Source: Lytechinus pictus
Lineage: Eukaryota
Direction: 5' to 3'
Assembly (NCBI RefSeq): GCF_037042905.1
Contig: NC_087251.1
Location: forward strand, 1,488,001-1,552,000
DNA: 64,000 nucleotides
Under the pieces are notes generated by a model. That model worked only from the letters and a program-made list of their open reading frames with translations. It did no database searches and was not told the DNA's origin. Position 1 is the stretch's first letter. The number at the start of each line of letters is the position of its first letter. This document shows, piece by piece, positions 13,301 through 28,099 of the stretch. Position numbers and translations under genes: made by a program.

Positions 13301-16300
13301 TACATTTCTATACTATAGCCCTCGAAGTGATGTTTATTTGGAATTAAGATTTGAAGAATACATTTTCAAACATGTCAAATGTTATTTGAAAGGTCAGGTA
13401 AAGTGTCATTTCGCAGAAATCCATAAGCAGTATACCAAATGCGTGGGAAACATTATGCTATGAAGTATAAATTCTGCCACCATGGTTACAAAAGGATATG
13501 AAGCTAACATCCTATCAAGATTTTAAAATGCAAGATATATCAAAGTACATTAATCTTACTTTAAGTTTTTTAATGTATGTAAAAGATATAAGCGTGAAAA
13601 GGCAGTTGCAGGACTTCCCAGTCTATTCATTACATGGCGAATATATTCACAGCTTTATACAGTGAGCGCGGATAAACAACATCCCGAAGCACATAGTAAC
13701 AGTTGAAATAAGCAATGTCGACAAGCGAAAGAAACGAATTAATCCGGGAATTAGATCTCGTGATGCCTTTGCCACTAGGTTCTTCACACGTCCAAGCCAA
13801 ACTGGTAAATGGACAGCAGTCCTGTCTAAGGTATTAAGTAAAGAACCAATGACATACCATTGGCAGTGTGAAAAGACGAAATCCCTCGTGGCGACATCGC
13901 ATCGGCGCGAAAACGAATTTATCGGTGAGAGCGCCGTATGCGCGCTCTCATCGCTACACACCTTTTCTTCAGCATGCATAACACAAGGAAAAGAGACAGG
14001 AGGAGCAGGTTTTCAGGAGGGCATAAATCTCATATTTGGTGAATTAATCACCCAGATTTCTCCCTTGTCGGATGGCATTTACTGACAGGATTGCTGTCCA
14101 TGTAAAGGTATCGGAGATGTAACTAAGCTTCATTGGATATGATTTCGGTATTTGATGTGGGATTCTTGCATACGTCGTTTAGTGTTACGGTCACTCCCTT
14201 CAATCACACTCCCAAGACGTCTCAGGCTTAATAATGCAGGGCTCTACAGATATTCAAGATTATTTAATGGAAAATGAAATAAGTGCAAATCCACCCTAAG
14301 GTTATGTAAATATTTCATACTCGGCCCAAACACTTAGTGATTTGACGGTCTAACAGGCCGCGAAAGATACCTTGAGGCGTGGTCCACCAGAGTTCAATGC
14401 GACGTCAAACTCAACACGTATTTAAATTGTAAAATTGATTCTAATATGATATTGAAGGAAATGCACCGGCAAATATAATATTTCTGACTCATAGCCAGAT
14501 GAACTAGGGGCAAATAATGAATAGATTGAACTAGAGGATGCTAATTTATATTCATTATGCTGCGCAAAGAAAAAAAAATGTGTTGCAAGTTACTACACAA
14601 AATAAAACAGACGTTGTAATATATCATCGTTTTTTTAGAAACAAGTGATCAGAAAGTGGCCTATATATCCACAGCTCATTCAATAGCACAATTCTCTATC
14701 TTCAACTTTCCAATGCCATCCTTACAAGTACTGCAAATATTACTTTTGTTCGCAACTTAACTTCAGCAAATATAAATTTCCTATAAATTCTTCTTGTTGA
14801 TTTATTATTATATTTAATTTTTGTTATGATATCAACGTATATTGCAAAGAACTATTCAAACTTACGGAAATATTACATTTCTGATCTTTAGTTATAGTTG
14901 ATTAATATTTATTTACCATGAATAAATAAATCAAAGATGATATAATTCATTTTTTATACATGTAAATGGAAATCAGCAAATATATATTAGATAGAAAAAA
15001 TTAATGAATCAATAAATCAATTCACCTTTCTTGCATTGTGCATTTCGTTGACAATCAATTACGTTTCACCTCGGTCATGGAATGATTTATCTTTTAATAT
15101 TCTTTTTGTAAGCTGACGAAGATGCATGGAAGAGAAATTTTGGGATGTCAATAATGAAACCACAGGTTCAGAATACGGGTCAAAGCTTAAGACCCAAATC
15201 CCTCAAAGAGAATGGTAAACAAAATTTTTTTATCGAAGATTTAATTTTTCGGATGTTTCGAACATTCAAATTGACAATTTAGTTAAGTTGACTGTATATA
15301 TGTGGATACGTTTCTTTAATTATTTCACTTGATAACTATGTTGTTAAAACAGTAGCGGTAAATAACCTGAAGGAGCGATTGGAATAGCTAATAACGGGAG
15401 GAAGGTCTACTCTTCGCTGTCACCTTACGGGAAGATGGGCGTTAATCTAGTGGATTTGGAATAACAAAGGATGTCTTCAACACGCTAATGAATAATCATG
15501 TATTTCTTGGCAGAAGATATACTCAAATTTGATGGGAATTCAACACAGAAACTAGAAGTGTGGTGTAAAATGAAGGGGGCAATGACCAAGAAGTAATAAC
15601 AATATCGACAAATAATTGATTTCTGACTGGGAATCTAATACAGCGATACCGGAGAGAAGACAAGAAAAAATTGCCTATAAATATCCTAGTGATCATTACA
15701 TAGTCGGTAAAAAATGGATATCGACAAATCATCTTTGATCCAAATGGTTTCACAATTACATGTTTTATGATTAAGTTCGGATTGACAGAAAAATTACAAA
15801 GAACCTGGCATGATACCGATAGATTTAAACTGCATTTTCAATTTTCAGTGTCATTACTAAGAAATTGAGATGTTTTTTTCCATTAAATCAGAGACTATAT
15901 GGGAAAAACCTACGATATGTGGCATAAAAAAGTAAATTTAAATACCCACATTACTGAATTTAATCTAAACTACATTTATCACTAGCATTTTAACACGCTC
16001 TTACGTAAGATAATTAGAAATTGTTTACATATATTGTTTATTGATAGAGTTTAAATGCACTTAATAACTTTTATTTTCAGTTGTGTCCGTTTTTCTTAAA
16101 TTTTCCCCAGACCAGAGTAGGGCGTGTTATTGAGAAATAAGCGTGCAGCTTTGCTTACATAAATACAGAAGTGTTTAAAAAGTTGACGTGTAAAAGAATT
16201 ATAATACATTTCAGTTCCTTACTTTGTCAAAATCATGATTATTGACACCACCTATTGTCTTCATCCCTACAAATGTCTTATTTTGAGCGCTTTGAAGCGA

Positions 16301-18582
16301 AAATCTGGGTCACCAAGTCAAGAACCTGACTTAAATGGCAGCATAGGCTATACTCCAATGCTATTAAAAGGCAACGTTAGGTTCTACAAGTGTGAAACCC
16401 CTTATTAAGTTGTCCTAGATTTCTGGCGGAGCTGTTCCAGATACTGCTTTCAGCCAGGTACTTTGTAATCGTTAAATATCTATTATCAGGTGGTATCTCT
16501 GATTAATCGTTGTCAAATCACACTGTGGGTCTAGCTACTGTAATATTTATACCCAAGAGATAACAACATCGAAGATCGAATGAGAATGGATGTTTTACAC
16601 CCAAGGTCCTGTCAAATCCGAACTGATGTAAAATCACTGTGAAACAAAATCTAAACAAGAATAAAATCGATATCGCCGAAGAAAATAGTATCTAATGTTT
16701 GAAAACGTTTTTGGCTTACTCGAAAATGTTGTGTCTGATAGGTGTGTGTTAAAATAGCAAGTGTTACAATTTTCATTTAGCTCAGAGTATGAAAGGAAAC
16801 TTTATCTAGACGGGTACAGTTCGAAACATTCCATTCTTTTTCATATCAAAATATTAATTCTCGGAATTGGCTATAGGCTACGTAAAGAACCGAATGATAT
16901 GATCAAGAGAATTCAATGAGGTAATCAACCGTATATAAATGCATTTTCTCCTATCTTATTCATGTCTAAATCTTGAGAGACAACATTTCATCCTCCGGGG
17001 CCTCAAGGTTCGTTCCATGTACGACCTTGACATTTGAAATCCAATCGTCAACTCTTTTCTCATTTTCAGTGTTGATATCCTCTCACATTTAACCGAAGGG
17101 ATAAGGAAAATAGATTTATTGATTTGATTGAAGATGATTGGGAGATAGTTTATCTTTATATTGGAAAGTGTTAGCCGTTTCTTCATGGTAAATGCGACAG
17201 TTTAATAATACCTCAATTCCTTGAAAAGGGGATACCTATGGTAACGCACTCACATCTTTAGTTTCATTTAGTTTAATAAATAGAAAAGTAAATTAAACGA
17301 TCATTGCATTCAATTGAATTGAACACATATTTGTTTATAGTTTTTTTTTACATCTAAAGACGAAAGTAAGGATGGAAAATAAGTAATAGTCATTGAATGA
17401 ATACTCGAAAGTGAAAACAGGAGACGATATTCAAGGTCGACTGATTTGTCAAGAACAATTTCATTAGGGAACCAGTCCATTGCCACTGATCTGCAGTGGC
17501 GCCTTTGTTTTTATGCTTCTTTGTAAGAGCGTCAAAGCGTGAGAGTTCTTCATCAACTCTAACCTCACTGCCCGGAGATACACAATCAGTTTTGAATTCG
17601 ATGACTTTCTCACTGCATTGGTAACACGTTTTTAACCCTCTCAGATGACATGGATGTGGATGAACGGTGTGCGAGGGAGAGATTGTGGCAATGTGAACTA
17701 CATCTTGTATACGTGCGTTAAGGCTCCCAGGTGGCAAATGATAGTGATCGGAAGAGAGGATGAGATGCGTAATAAAGCCATGAATATTAGAAGCCTTGTG
17801 CTTCACCCTATTATCATAACGACTCTTCCAGGTTCTACTTGTTGCTCCTTATACTCAATAAGTAGAAATGAATTGTGTATGCAATCGGAGATGATTATGT
17901 TAATGCCGACAAATAAGGACGGTCTCTTTCTAATACTCTTATTGCTTAACGGCATTCTGGGATGTTGATCATTATTATGAGAATGGTGCTGCTGTAGTTG
18001 TTACTAGTTGTCACCTAGAAACAATTATATAAAACAAGAAATGTGAAAAAGCATACAATGTAAATTGATTGAATATTGCTCAAATTTCTAAAGACCCAGC
18101 TAGGATCAGACATTGGTATCACCGTTAGTCAATACGGTTACATCTGGTAATGAGATTTTTCTCATCTGCCCCTATACCAGGCTGACATACGATTACCTAA
18201 TTTGCCCACTTAAATCATTTCTACCATGTCTACCAGATCTTGTTCTGGTCTGAATCTAACTTTTTACACGTTTATGAGCACTACTATCTCTTTCATAAAG
18301 TTGTTTATATACCTTTTGGTCACAGAAATAAAATACATTTAAATATCAAAATATTTTCACTATATAGAACTGCATTCTTCATTAATGTTCTAGATCTTAA
18401 ATATATCAGCTCACGTAATTTAGAGACAGAATCATTCCTTCTTGTTAAAAAGTCGACAAAACCATAGTTGGCACTATTGTGTCTGTGCGCACATATTACG
18501 ATGGGAAACCCTACGGTTTCCTTTAACAAAAAAAAACCGGATGCCTTAGATACTCATTGCTTGCCTGGGCAGAGTCATTTAC

Positions 18583-18606
18583 CTCTTTGTAGATCAAGGT
18601 CTTCAT
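18583..18606 (-). CDS. Candidate alternative first coding exon of TMEM151 (MKTLIYKE)
   Basis: AAAATG start, 8 codons, phase-0 donor GAG|GTAAAT; ETS-like ACTTCCG (18709) and CCAAT/ATTGG boxes (18700, 18797) upstream. Very short, so it could be chance. Confidence 0.3.
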
Positions 18607-21322
18607 TTTATCTCCTTCTTTCCAATTTAGGATGAAACTAGATACATTATTGGCAGAGGGTAGATGAAGAGATCGGCCTCTTGACTCAATATTTGACCAC
18701 CAATCACCACTTCCGTTTGCCGTCTACCGACCCGTTCCCAGAGTAAAAAGGAAAAAAAAATACACGGAGGCTGAAATAGCCACTCTAAATGAATTCATTG
18801 GTTGGTGCTATTCCCAATGACCTATAAACTTTCTTTCTTTTCCCTGGACTACGAGGACGAATTTATGAGTCAACTCCGCCAAAGTTAAAGGTCCGCATTT
18901 TCATGTTATGCTATTCAGAATGGATCCTTGCTAAGTGGGCTATACTTATAGAAGCTGATTCAGAGAACTGGTGCCAAGGAAATGATAATAAAATTAGCAA
19001 TCGCTCTTCATTCTACAAAATGTTCAGTTTAATAATCTAAAAACATATTTGAATGCTTTTAAAGCTTATTTTTGTAAAGGTGTTGACAAAGGATTTTTAT
19101 TAACAATAACTTTGATTTCAATCGTAAAAAAGTTCTATAATGTTCAATTATTGATAACTGTTGGTTTTACATTTTTACTAATAACTTAAACATTGTGCAT
19201 TACAATAGACATAATTTATACATATATGAAACATGAATCGCTTTGTTCATAAACTATATTCCATTTATTCTTTTACTTCAATGTATTGAAAATAAATTAA
19301 AATGACCTACATATATATGCAAAAATGTACCTTCGCATGAATGGATGCTTTTAACATCATTCCCTTATATTATTCACATGATTAAGGTTTGCACGAACCT
19401 TGATTGTGTAAATGAATTTCAGCCGAATTATGCATGCATGAAATCAGTTGTCTGTATTATGTTTAATCTTCTCTCGCGCCAACCTTGTTTTCATTAAGTA
19501 CACGCGAGATCGATTTTGGTACTATTCTCGTCGTAATATTATTCTGCTTTTCTCTGAATTAAGGTACATTATCTGTGGTGATGGGGTGCATCAGAGCTCT
19601 GGTTTCGATGATGATACTAATAATGGATCCCTATATATCTGATTAGTGGTCTCCCAAGCCACGCGTGAAACCGAACTCTCCCTCCCTTGCATTGCCAGTT
19701 AAGTTGAAGCGCATCTAAAGAAGCGCTACTGGGCAATGTGTGGGATTTGCAGGCACAGCCAATACAAGCCATCCAGTTCAATTTATGTCGCCATATCCTA
19801 AAGCAATGGGTCTCACTGTATATGAGATAGAGAGGGAGAGAGAGAGCTAGCGGTAGGAAGGGATAATCCTGATACATACCCATTTCAATACCACAGTGAT
19901 TAGCTTTATAATGTGTAATTATCTAAAGCAACGGTATTGAACGGCAGATTTTTGAGGGTTGGATACCCTATGCGCCAATTAGTCCTGATAATATAGCTTT
20001 CCTTAATGAGTGCTGGCGGCAGTGTATGATGTAGCGAATATTCAACAAGTTGTAAAAAGGACGACGGCTTTGAGGTTTACTCAACTCGTCGTGCAATTGA
20101 AGAGGAAAGGTAAATTGCGAGGCAGTTTTCATAAAAGTTGAAGCAGTGTTTGGCTCCTTTGTGTGGAAGAAGGATTACATCTTATTATTTAATAAAAATG
20201 AATTCGTGGAAAAATACAAAAATGAGTCCATCTGTTCATGCACTAGTACCGTGTGAAGTTATCATGATTATATTCTAAGATTATTTAGATGTGAGTTGCC
20301 AACCCTCTACCGTGTATACCTAATTCTAATTTTCATGCAAGTTTTAATGTTATTGAGGTATGAAAATCATATTAAAAAAAAAGTAAAACATGATAAAAAT
20401 GCACACGGTAGAGAATTTGTACTATTGGCTTGGTTGCCAATGATCGGGTGATGATTTTACAAAAATGTATCGTATTTTCTATATTGTACGCGTGGCATAA
20501 TGACTGGTGACAAAAACTATCGTTTAAAGCCTTATCATGGACCCATACTATAATCGGGTAGTGGTTATAGAAGTTTCGTCTACGAATGGAAAAAAATAAT
20601 ATGGAAGGAGCGTGTGTGAAATAAAACGGATCCGTGTTTATACTTCTGTATAACTGATTAAATAGTGAACGAATCAAGTTTTGGATACATCAGACGTTTT
20701 ATTGATTACAGAGCTATGGAAGCTTGAATATGATTAGAGAGCCAACTCTTTCGAAGATCTGAAAATGATTTATATCAGATTCTTCGGCATCCAGATCCTG
20801 ATGTTTTGGGATGAGGGAGGTTAGACATTTTCTCTTTTCTTTCAATGAATGACAAGGAAGCGGCGACATACAAGACTCGAATCCGCAGCATTCGACAAAA
20901 ATCAATTTAAAACGAAATTCAATTGGCTGATATTCTATTTCATCACATTTCATTTGGAAGTTGGAGTTAATAAGTGAATACGACGAAAGATGGAGAGGAG
21001 GATTGTGATAGGCACAGGGGATATAACTATGCGAGTTGGGGTATAAATAGAAGGGGCTGCTGACAAGGGCCTATATACATCACGTTAAGTTTCGGGTTAT
21101 GATGCATGGTATGGAAGAACCGTGCTACAAGTAGATGAAGAAACATAGTATGCTCCACGCCAGGCATACTGTACATAAATCAATAATCCCACATCTCTAT
21201 GCATTCACCTACATTGTCTGCTCCTCCTTAACCATCCCGTTTGTCTTCTTACTTTCCTTTGGGTAAATCTCTTACATGTATTGAACAAAAAAAATGCGTT
21301 TAATAACTTTTCAAAAACAATT

Positions 21323-21385
21323 CTACTGCTACTACTACTACTACTACTTTTGCTGCTGCTGCTGCTTCTGCTTCTACTGCTGCTG

Positions 21386-21443
<58 letters not shown>

Positions 21444-21605
21444 GGCTAGTACTACTATTATTATTACATCTTCTACTACAATGCCATCTCGAGATCAATA
21501 AGATAATAATAATAATAATAATAATAATAATTATTACTATTATTATATTAGTTATAATTATTACTATTATTATTAATATTATTATTATAATGATGATAAT
21601 AATAA
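21323..21605. repeat. Compound (CTA/CTG)n + (ATA/TAT)n microsatellite
   Basis: Directly visible; it produces the spurious poly-Leu/Ser/Ile ORFs. Confidence 0.95.
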
Positions 21606-22059
21606 AACATTTTCAAGTTTTCGTTTAAGACAAATGAACTTATTAAAAGCTCTATTCAGAAGCCAATGAGCGAATGTAAGAAATTACAGACTGAATTTCA
21701 ACTCATGATTATATTTAAAACTAGTAATGTAGGAATAATATCACTCTACATCATCAACAGAGTTTACATGCATTTTGCTTCCCCTAACATACTGATGAAC
21801 ATATGAAGGGATTATAAGGTGACTGCAAACATATCGCATCAATCATTTAAGAATTTGGCCGCTTTCCTCATTCTTTAGAAGGGTAGCCTTCAAAACGATG
21901 ATACTGTTATCACCTGTCTTAGTCCAAAAAAAATCAAAAGAAACAGGAGTACCGATGTAGGAAGTTATGAATAAATAACATCTTTTGAAATTATCTGGGA
22001 ATGGGATATTCTGGAAAGAGATGGACGCATCAAATCGCTGTTATTACACTCATAATTTA

Positions 22060-22175
22060 ATGGTAATAATAATAATAACAACAGTAATTTCAATAATGAT
22101 AATAATGGTAATATTAAAAGTAATAATAATAATGATGATGATGATAATAGTAATAACAAAAGTAATGATGAAAAT
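22060..22175. repeat. Degenerate (ATA/ATG)n microsatellite
   Basis: Directly visible. Confidence 0.85.
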
Positions 22176-25100
22176 AATACCAATGTTGATAATAAATCAT
22201 TTGAATATATTTGTATTTTGGTGTAATCCATACTTTTTCTCAAATGGGTAATGATTTAATATATTCATGTACATTATTTTTATGATTATAAAATAATATT
22301 CACCATGTGGAAATATGGAAATATAGACCTTAAGACCAAAGCAGAATATACGCTATATCTGAATTTGTTTATTCGGATGAGCATACTTCAATAATTCGAA
22401 AAAAATATTAAAATGTATATTGTCCATCATATTTTTGGTACATTCAGGTTATCTATATTAACTATTCCTCAATCTTTGCATACTCTGTTCGTGTTCTCAC
22501 CTTTTTTTCTTTGATCAGATTTATTTCATATTTTTATTTTGGTCCCCTCAATTTGTCCCTAAGGAAATGACATCCGCAAGTGGGGCAGAAATATGAGCCG
22601 CCGTGTAATTTTTATTCGCTTTTCTCTCCCTTTTGGAGGTATGTGAAGGTAAGGTTTCATAGTTTGAGCGACTGGTTCTGCCATGGAACTTGAATAAACA
22701 TAGATTAGTGCAACACTCCGTATCGAGATGTAACGGTATCCATGAACGTGAGTTAGCAATCCACCACTTTAACAATTTGTATTCAAACTACCTTCACTTG
22801 TACCGTCACAGTTAGACTGTGTCGAACCACGGGAGGTAAGTGTTGCAGTTAAAACACGACACCGTTATTATATGGAGGTTCTGTTATGCCATTCGTTGTT
22901 TATGAATTAGACCGACGAAAAGTTTACATGATTCATTTTGATTGCTCAAAGAAAGCTTGAAGTGGTTTGTTAGATTTTGATTTGTCATCATAATTAAAAA
23001 TTTATCAATCTCTATGAGGAGGGTCATTTCTATCATTTGCAATGAACGTCATGATAGGAATGAATCTGCAAAAAACAGATTAGGTACGAAATAGGTAACC
23101 TTACAACATATCAATAAGAGAGTCAATATCAATAACGTATGAATTTATACATTTATCAGTGCGGAATGACATAAAAATCATTTTGTTCAAACGGCCCCAG
23201 TAGAAGCATAACCAACTGAAATGTTATTGAAATTCCATTAAGAAAATGTTCAAATTGCGTCAAAAGGGCCATCACATGACCGACGACTAAGACACAATGG
23301 TCTACAAATGACAATGCCATGACACACAATGAAAGAACAACATGGCTTCAGCAGGATAGATTTCCCTGGTTAGACACTTGTCATGGTTGATTGGTATGAA
23401 ATACGTGACATCAAGCTAAAGCATGACACTTGAAGATTCATCTAAACCTTGAAGGTCCGCCAGATAGCCATGCATCAAACCCACAAGAGATCGGGAAAGC
23501 GATGTGTTATGAAGTATAGCAGGTGACAAACAGGTGTAGGAACCCATACCGAGATTGGATACTATGGCAAGTATTGAATGGCGTCGTGCTGAAGATTACC
23601 CGTCTGTTAACGGTCCATAGAAGAAATTCCCTGTAATATTTTTGTTCTATACAATAAGGCCGCCATGGATTATCAGATCTTGTAAACTGTATACTTGAAG
23701 TTGCATATGAATGCAAGGGACAAATAAAGATAGTGAGAGAGACGGAGATATGAGAAATATACATTAAAAACCTAGGTTGGACATAATTTGTATTGACAAA
23801 ATAAAATCAACCAGATATAAATCCATATCTTATTTCAACACTGTAAAACAAAAGAAATTGACATTGATATCTGTCATTATTTAGAATTTTCATTTATCTT
23901 TTTTTAAAGTTTGTAATTAGATAATTAATTTGTCAATTTCAACCAAATATGCATAAAAGAAGAAATAACTAGAAGCACTCGGGACGCCCTCGTAGCTTTA
24001 TTGTTAATAAACTCGTGTTAGCAATTACCATGATAAAATGTATGAGTCAATTAGCATCATGCCCACAATCACAACAGTTCGCTTCAACTAGCTAAGAATA
24101 TACGATATGACTCAGGCATAGAAATACAACCATGTTGTTGCTTTAATGGTACACCGTACTGTGCATTAATGAAATTGGGTACTGACAATGAAAATGTGAT
24201 ACCAGATTTTAATATACAAAAAGGAAAGAGGACAGCCTTGAAATATTGCATTACATGAGATTAGAACGGCGAGAAGCCTACACTTTGATTAATTCCTCTT
24301 GCATATTACAGTAAAGCGCAGACAAAAGCACGGATATGAACATCACATTATGAGCAGAACGATTCTGATTTTTGTTTTAAGTTTCATAAAAGATACATTG
24401 AAAACAGAAAGCTCCTCTCAACATTTCATGATTATCCTCTAGTATGGTCATAGTTTACTTAAAATAATGTTAGAATCTTTGTCTAATCATGAATTAATGA
24501 TGCTGTTTTATTACATATTATTAAACAATCCTATTGTATATTCACAATCCTGTCCAGTTTGATAGCCACAGAATCCAGAGCAAAAAGATTTTGAAATTAG
24601 GGATTTGTGTATTATTATGACTGTAGATTTCCTTTCGTGAAACGATTTCTATTCTATATAACACTATTTAAATTAAGGGGGATCCATCTGGCAATTCCTG
24701 TAACTTTTTCCATGAGGGTCATGGAAAAAAGATTTTTTTGGTCTTCATATGCGCAACTCATATTCACACATCCACAAAATAATTTAAACACCTTTTCTTG
24801 TAAATATCTAATCAACTTATTTGTGTGAATGTAACATGTTGCTTTTAGCCAACACTGATTAGCAATCAGTACAGCTTCAATTTTGTTGTTTATCCTCACA
24901 ATCCATCATATCTCCGTATTTAGAGCAAACTTCCTTCATTTCCAAGGAATCACTCTTCACTTGACTGCTTTAAAAACATCTGACGGTACTCCTTTCCCAT
25001 TTTACATAATCTGTTTGCAGTTCCTTACACATTCATGGCCATATGCATATCCCTTACGGAAGGGGGTATGATGTTCGACAACAAGTAAAGCAAGGGTGCG

Positions 25101-26604
25101 ATGCGTCCAAGCTTATTATTGAAATATATGATTTGTTTCAAACGTGGGGGTTTTTTAGAAAAAGAATTTTATTGATTAAATATTTGATTTATTTACTAAT
25201 TTATTCAATATATATTGTGATGCCAAGTTTACGTGTACCAAACGCTCTTCAGATGAGAGTATGTAACATAATGAGATGAGGGTCCACTCAAAAGATGTGC
25301 ATTAATTTGTGATTATTAGCCAAACTTGGATGTTGTTTCCCCTTGTATTTTTCAGACCGCTTCTGAGGAAGTCTTAATAAAGACGATATATATATGTGTG
25401 TGTGTGTGAGGGTGTGTGTGTGTGTGATAGCATTCTTTCAGTCAGATAGCTCTCACTTTTGTCTGTTAATGTTGATAGGTTTATCATTGATTCATCTAAA
25501 AGATGCCTATTTTCAAAGACTACTTAGGAAATCGACTCCCACCCTTCCACTCTCAGAGTAACGATGTCCATTTGGACTATCCTGTTCATTATCCATCCAT
25601 CTTAATCCCTCACATACATATTCACAGACATACACCAGGGACTCGTGATAAAATTGGGCTTCAGCCAAGTATCCATTGTCTAATGCTTAAACTGGAAGGG
25701 TTCCTGAAAGCTTTTAGGATAACAAATTTATTACTGGCATCTCCCACTTTTATCAGCTTTTTTTTTCAGTTTCAGGTTCTTCTATTGACGTGAATTACGC
25801 GGCATTTCTGTAATCAAACGAGTAAAATATTGAAACCCCGCGAAAGTATTTTTCAATCATATGACTGTTTTATTTATCATGTGGATTAGATTTATGGAAT
25901 TATTGGCTTATTTTGGTGCCTTGATTGGTGAGGGGGCGCCTACGTAAGTATGGGTGTGCATGTGTGAGGTGTTTGTATGTATATAAAACTCAGCCTTCTA
26001 ATTTCAGGACTTATAATAAGATTGATCAAGGAAAATACATATATCATGACAAAAGCTCAAGTTTGCAATGCCATAGTTACCCCACATTACAAATTACTAC
26101 CGATTATAATTGTATTTCGCAACTATTATAATCAAAGAACAGCAAAAGTGCTTCGTGCGTATGTGTGATGAATAGCCTGTATGATTGTCTTTTGTAACCT
26201 CAATCCATCTCATTAAATTCTTTACAAAATAAAATATAATTGAAATGGAACATTGAAATAATTCAGCATTAAACAAAAATAAAACCGCTATTGCTTTTTA
26301 ATGTGCAAATTAAACTAAGAAAAAAGAAAAAGCATTTTTATGACAGATCGTGACATGTTTTACTTTTCGAAAGTGTTTTAATTGTCAGAAATCAATACAA
26401 CATCAAATGGATAAAGGAGCTGGGCAAAATTTCGAAATTGTAATATTGAACTACTAAAATAAAGCCTTGACCGCCTATTCAGTTCAATAACAATGGAGCA
26501 ATAGATTCAGTAGTTAAAATCTTAATATCAAGAGAAAAAATATTATAAATTTCGAATGAACCCATTTATTTCAATGAGATCTTTTTAAAACAATATGAGA
26601 TTTC

Positions 26605-26887
26605 TACGGAGCCCGGGAAGGGACATGGTAAAAATATTTTTATCTCGTTTTAACGAGATACTATCTCATTAAAACGAGATACTATGTCGTTTTAACGAGA
26701 TACTATCTCATTAAAACGAGATAACTATCTCGTTTTAACGAGATTCTATGTCGTTTTAACGAGATACTATCTCATTAAAACGAGATACTATGTCGTTTTA
26801 ACGAGATACTATCTCATTAAAACGAGATAACTATCTCGTTTTAACGAGATAAAAATATTTTTACCATGTCCCTTCCCGGGCTCCGTA
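26605..26887. mobile_element. Non-autonomous DNA transposon, IS3EU-like MITE
   Basis: Perfect 45-bp TIRs starting TACGGAGCCCGGGAAGGGACATGG; 6-bp TSD GATTTC (26599-26604 and 26888-26893); interior is ten 20-22-bp palindromic units. Confidence 0.9.
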
Positions 26888-27776
26888 GATTTCTAAGGAC
26901 TAAATGGCACAATTTTATCAATATTTCATGATAAATTGAACAATAATATTCAGTAGGGGTGAATACTGGTAAACGGCACAATTCTACAAACAACAAATAA
27001 AATGTGATGATTTTGTCATTAGAAGTCACTAAAACAAACAATTTCAAATTTCTATGAATAAAGTAATATGTATCATTGTTCAGCATAAAAATCAGAGTTG
27101 AAGGGATCTAGCAACAGGTTCATATCTACTGTAGATTACAGTTGAATGCAACTCAAAATATCAATCACAAATCAACTGATTTTTTTCCTCTGCAGGTTGT
27201 CAAATACATACAAGTGAAAATGGTAGAATAGTCATTGAGAGAATTTTATTACATGATTTTATTTTTACTTTATTATATAATTTTTTTTAATACCCATCGT
27301 TAATGATAATAAATATTTATAGCAAATTACTTATAAAGTTGGGATATGATTCATGTAATCGAGATTGTCCCAGATCAGGATGGTGATTCGAAATACATAT
27401 ATGAATCAATGGTAGACGAATATCTGAAGAATATAATCATCAGTGATATTCTTTAAGTGGAAAGTATAGGTGATGCTAAACTATATCTTAGGCAATCCTT
27501 TTTTTTATCATCTATATCCTTCAGTCTTGAGGACCTAAGACATGCTAAAAGAAAAAAAAAGTATCTATAATTATTAAATGAATTCTTCAAGTTGATATGA
27601 ATCGTCAGATACATTCTTTTATAATTGACAGCGATGCACAACTTCATTATGCTCAGATAAAAACAATTGGAAATTATTGAATATCCTATAGAGCCATAAT
27701 TTATACTATTTTTTATTTCATGATTCAAAACATGCGTTATTGTTCGTGGTAATAATCAAATAGTTCGACATCTTAC

Positions 27777-27809
27777 CTCGAGTGGCGTTGGACTCGTATC
27801 CTCAGTCAT
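27777..27809 (-). CDS. TMEM151: Probable first coding exon of the TMEM151 gene (MTEDTSPTPLE)
   Basis: ATG at 27809 with A at -3 (AAGATG), 11 codons, strong phase-0 donor GAG|GTAAGA compatible with the phase-0 exon starting at 140. A CpG-richer, promoter-like region lies just upstream (~28100-28280). Vertebrate TMEM151 also has a short first exon ending in E before the QRP exon. Confidence 0.6.
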
Positions 27810-28099
27810 CTTGTTCCCTTAATCTCGTTTTAATTCCGTAGTCCACAATTATTGCACAAAGCCAACATCAATGACGGCCTCATCTTGGCCTTTGATTTCA
27901 ATTGAGACCATTCCTATTTTGTTTCTTCAGCTTATGATAGATTATCTCTTGAGCTACTATTCTTTCGTGTCATTATGGCATAGAGTTGCACTCAAGGCCT
28001 AGAGCAGGGGTTTCTAATATCCTAAAAAACCAGTGTGAATCGAAAACGGATCCTAGGAGAGCCATGTGTTTGGGGTAGCGTATTCGAAAAGCAGTTTTT

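Noticed and set aside
21205..22251. Poly-Leu/Ser/Ile ORFs
   Set aside because: They are translations of trinucleotide microsatellites.
26641..26851. Palindromic 21-bp repeat array as a CRISPR
   Set aside because: No unique spacers, no cas genes, eukaryotic context, and it is enclosed by TIRs and a TSD.
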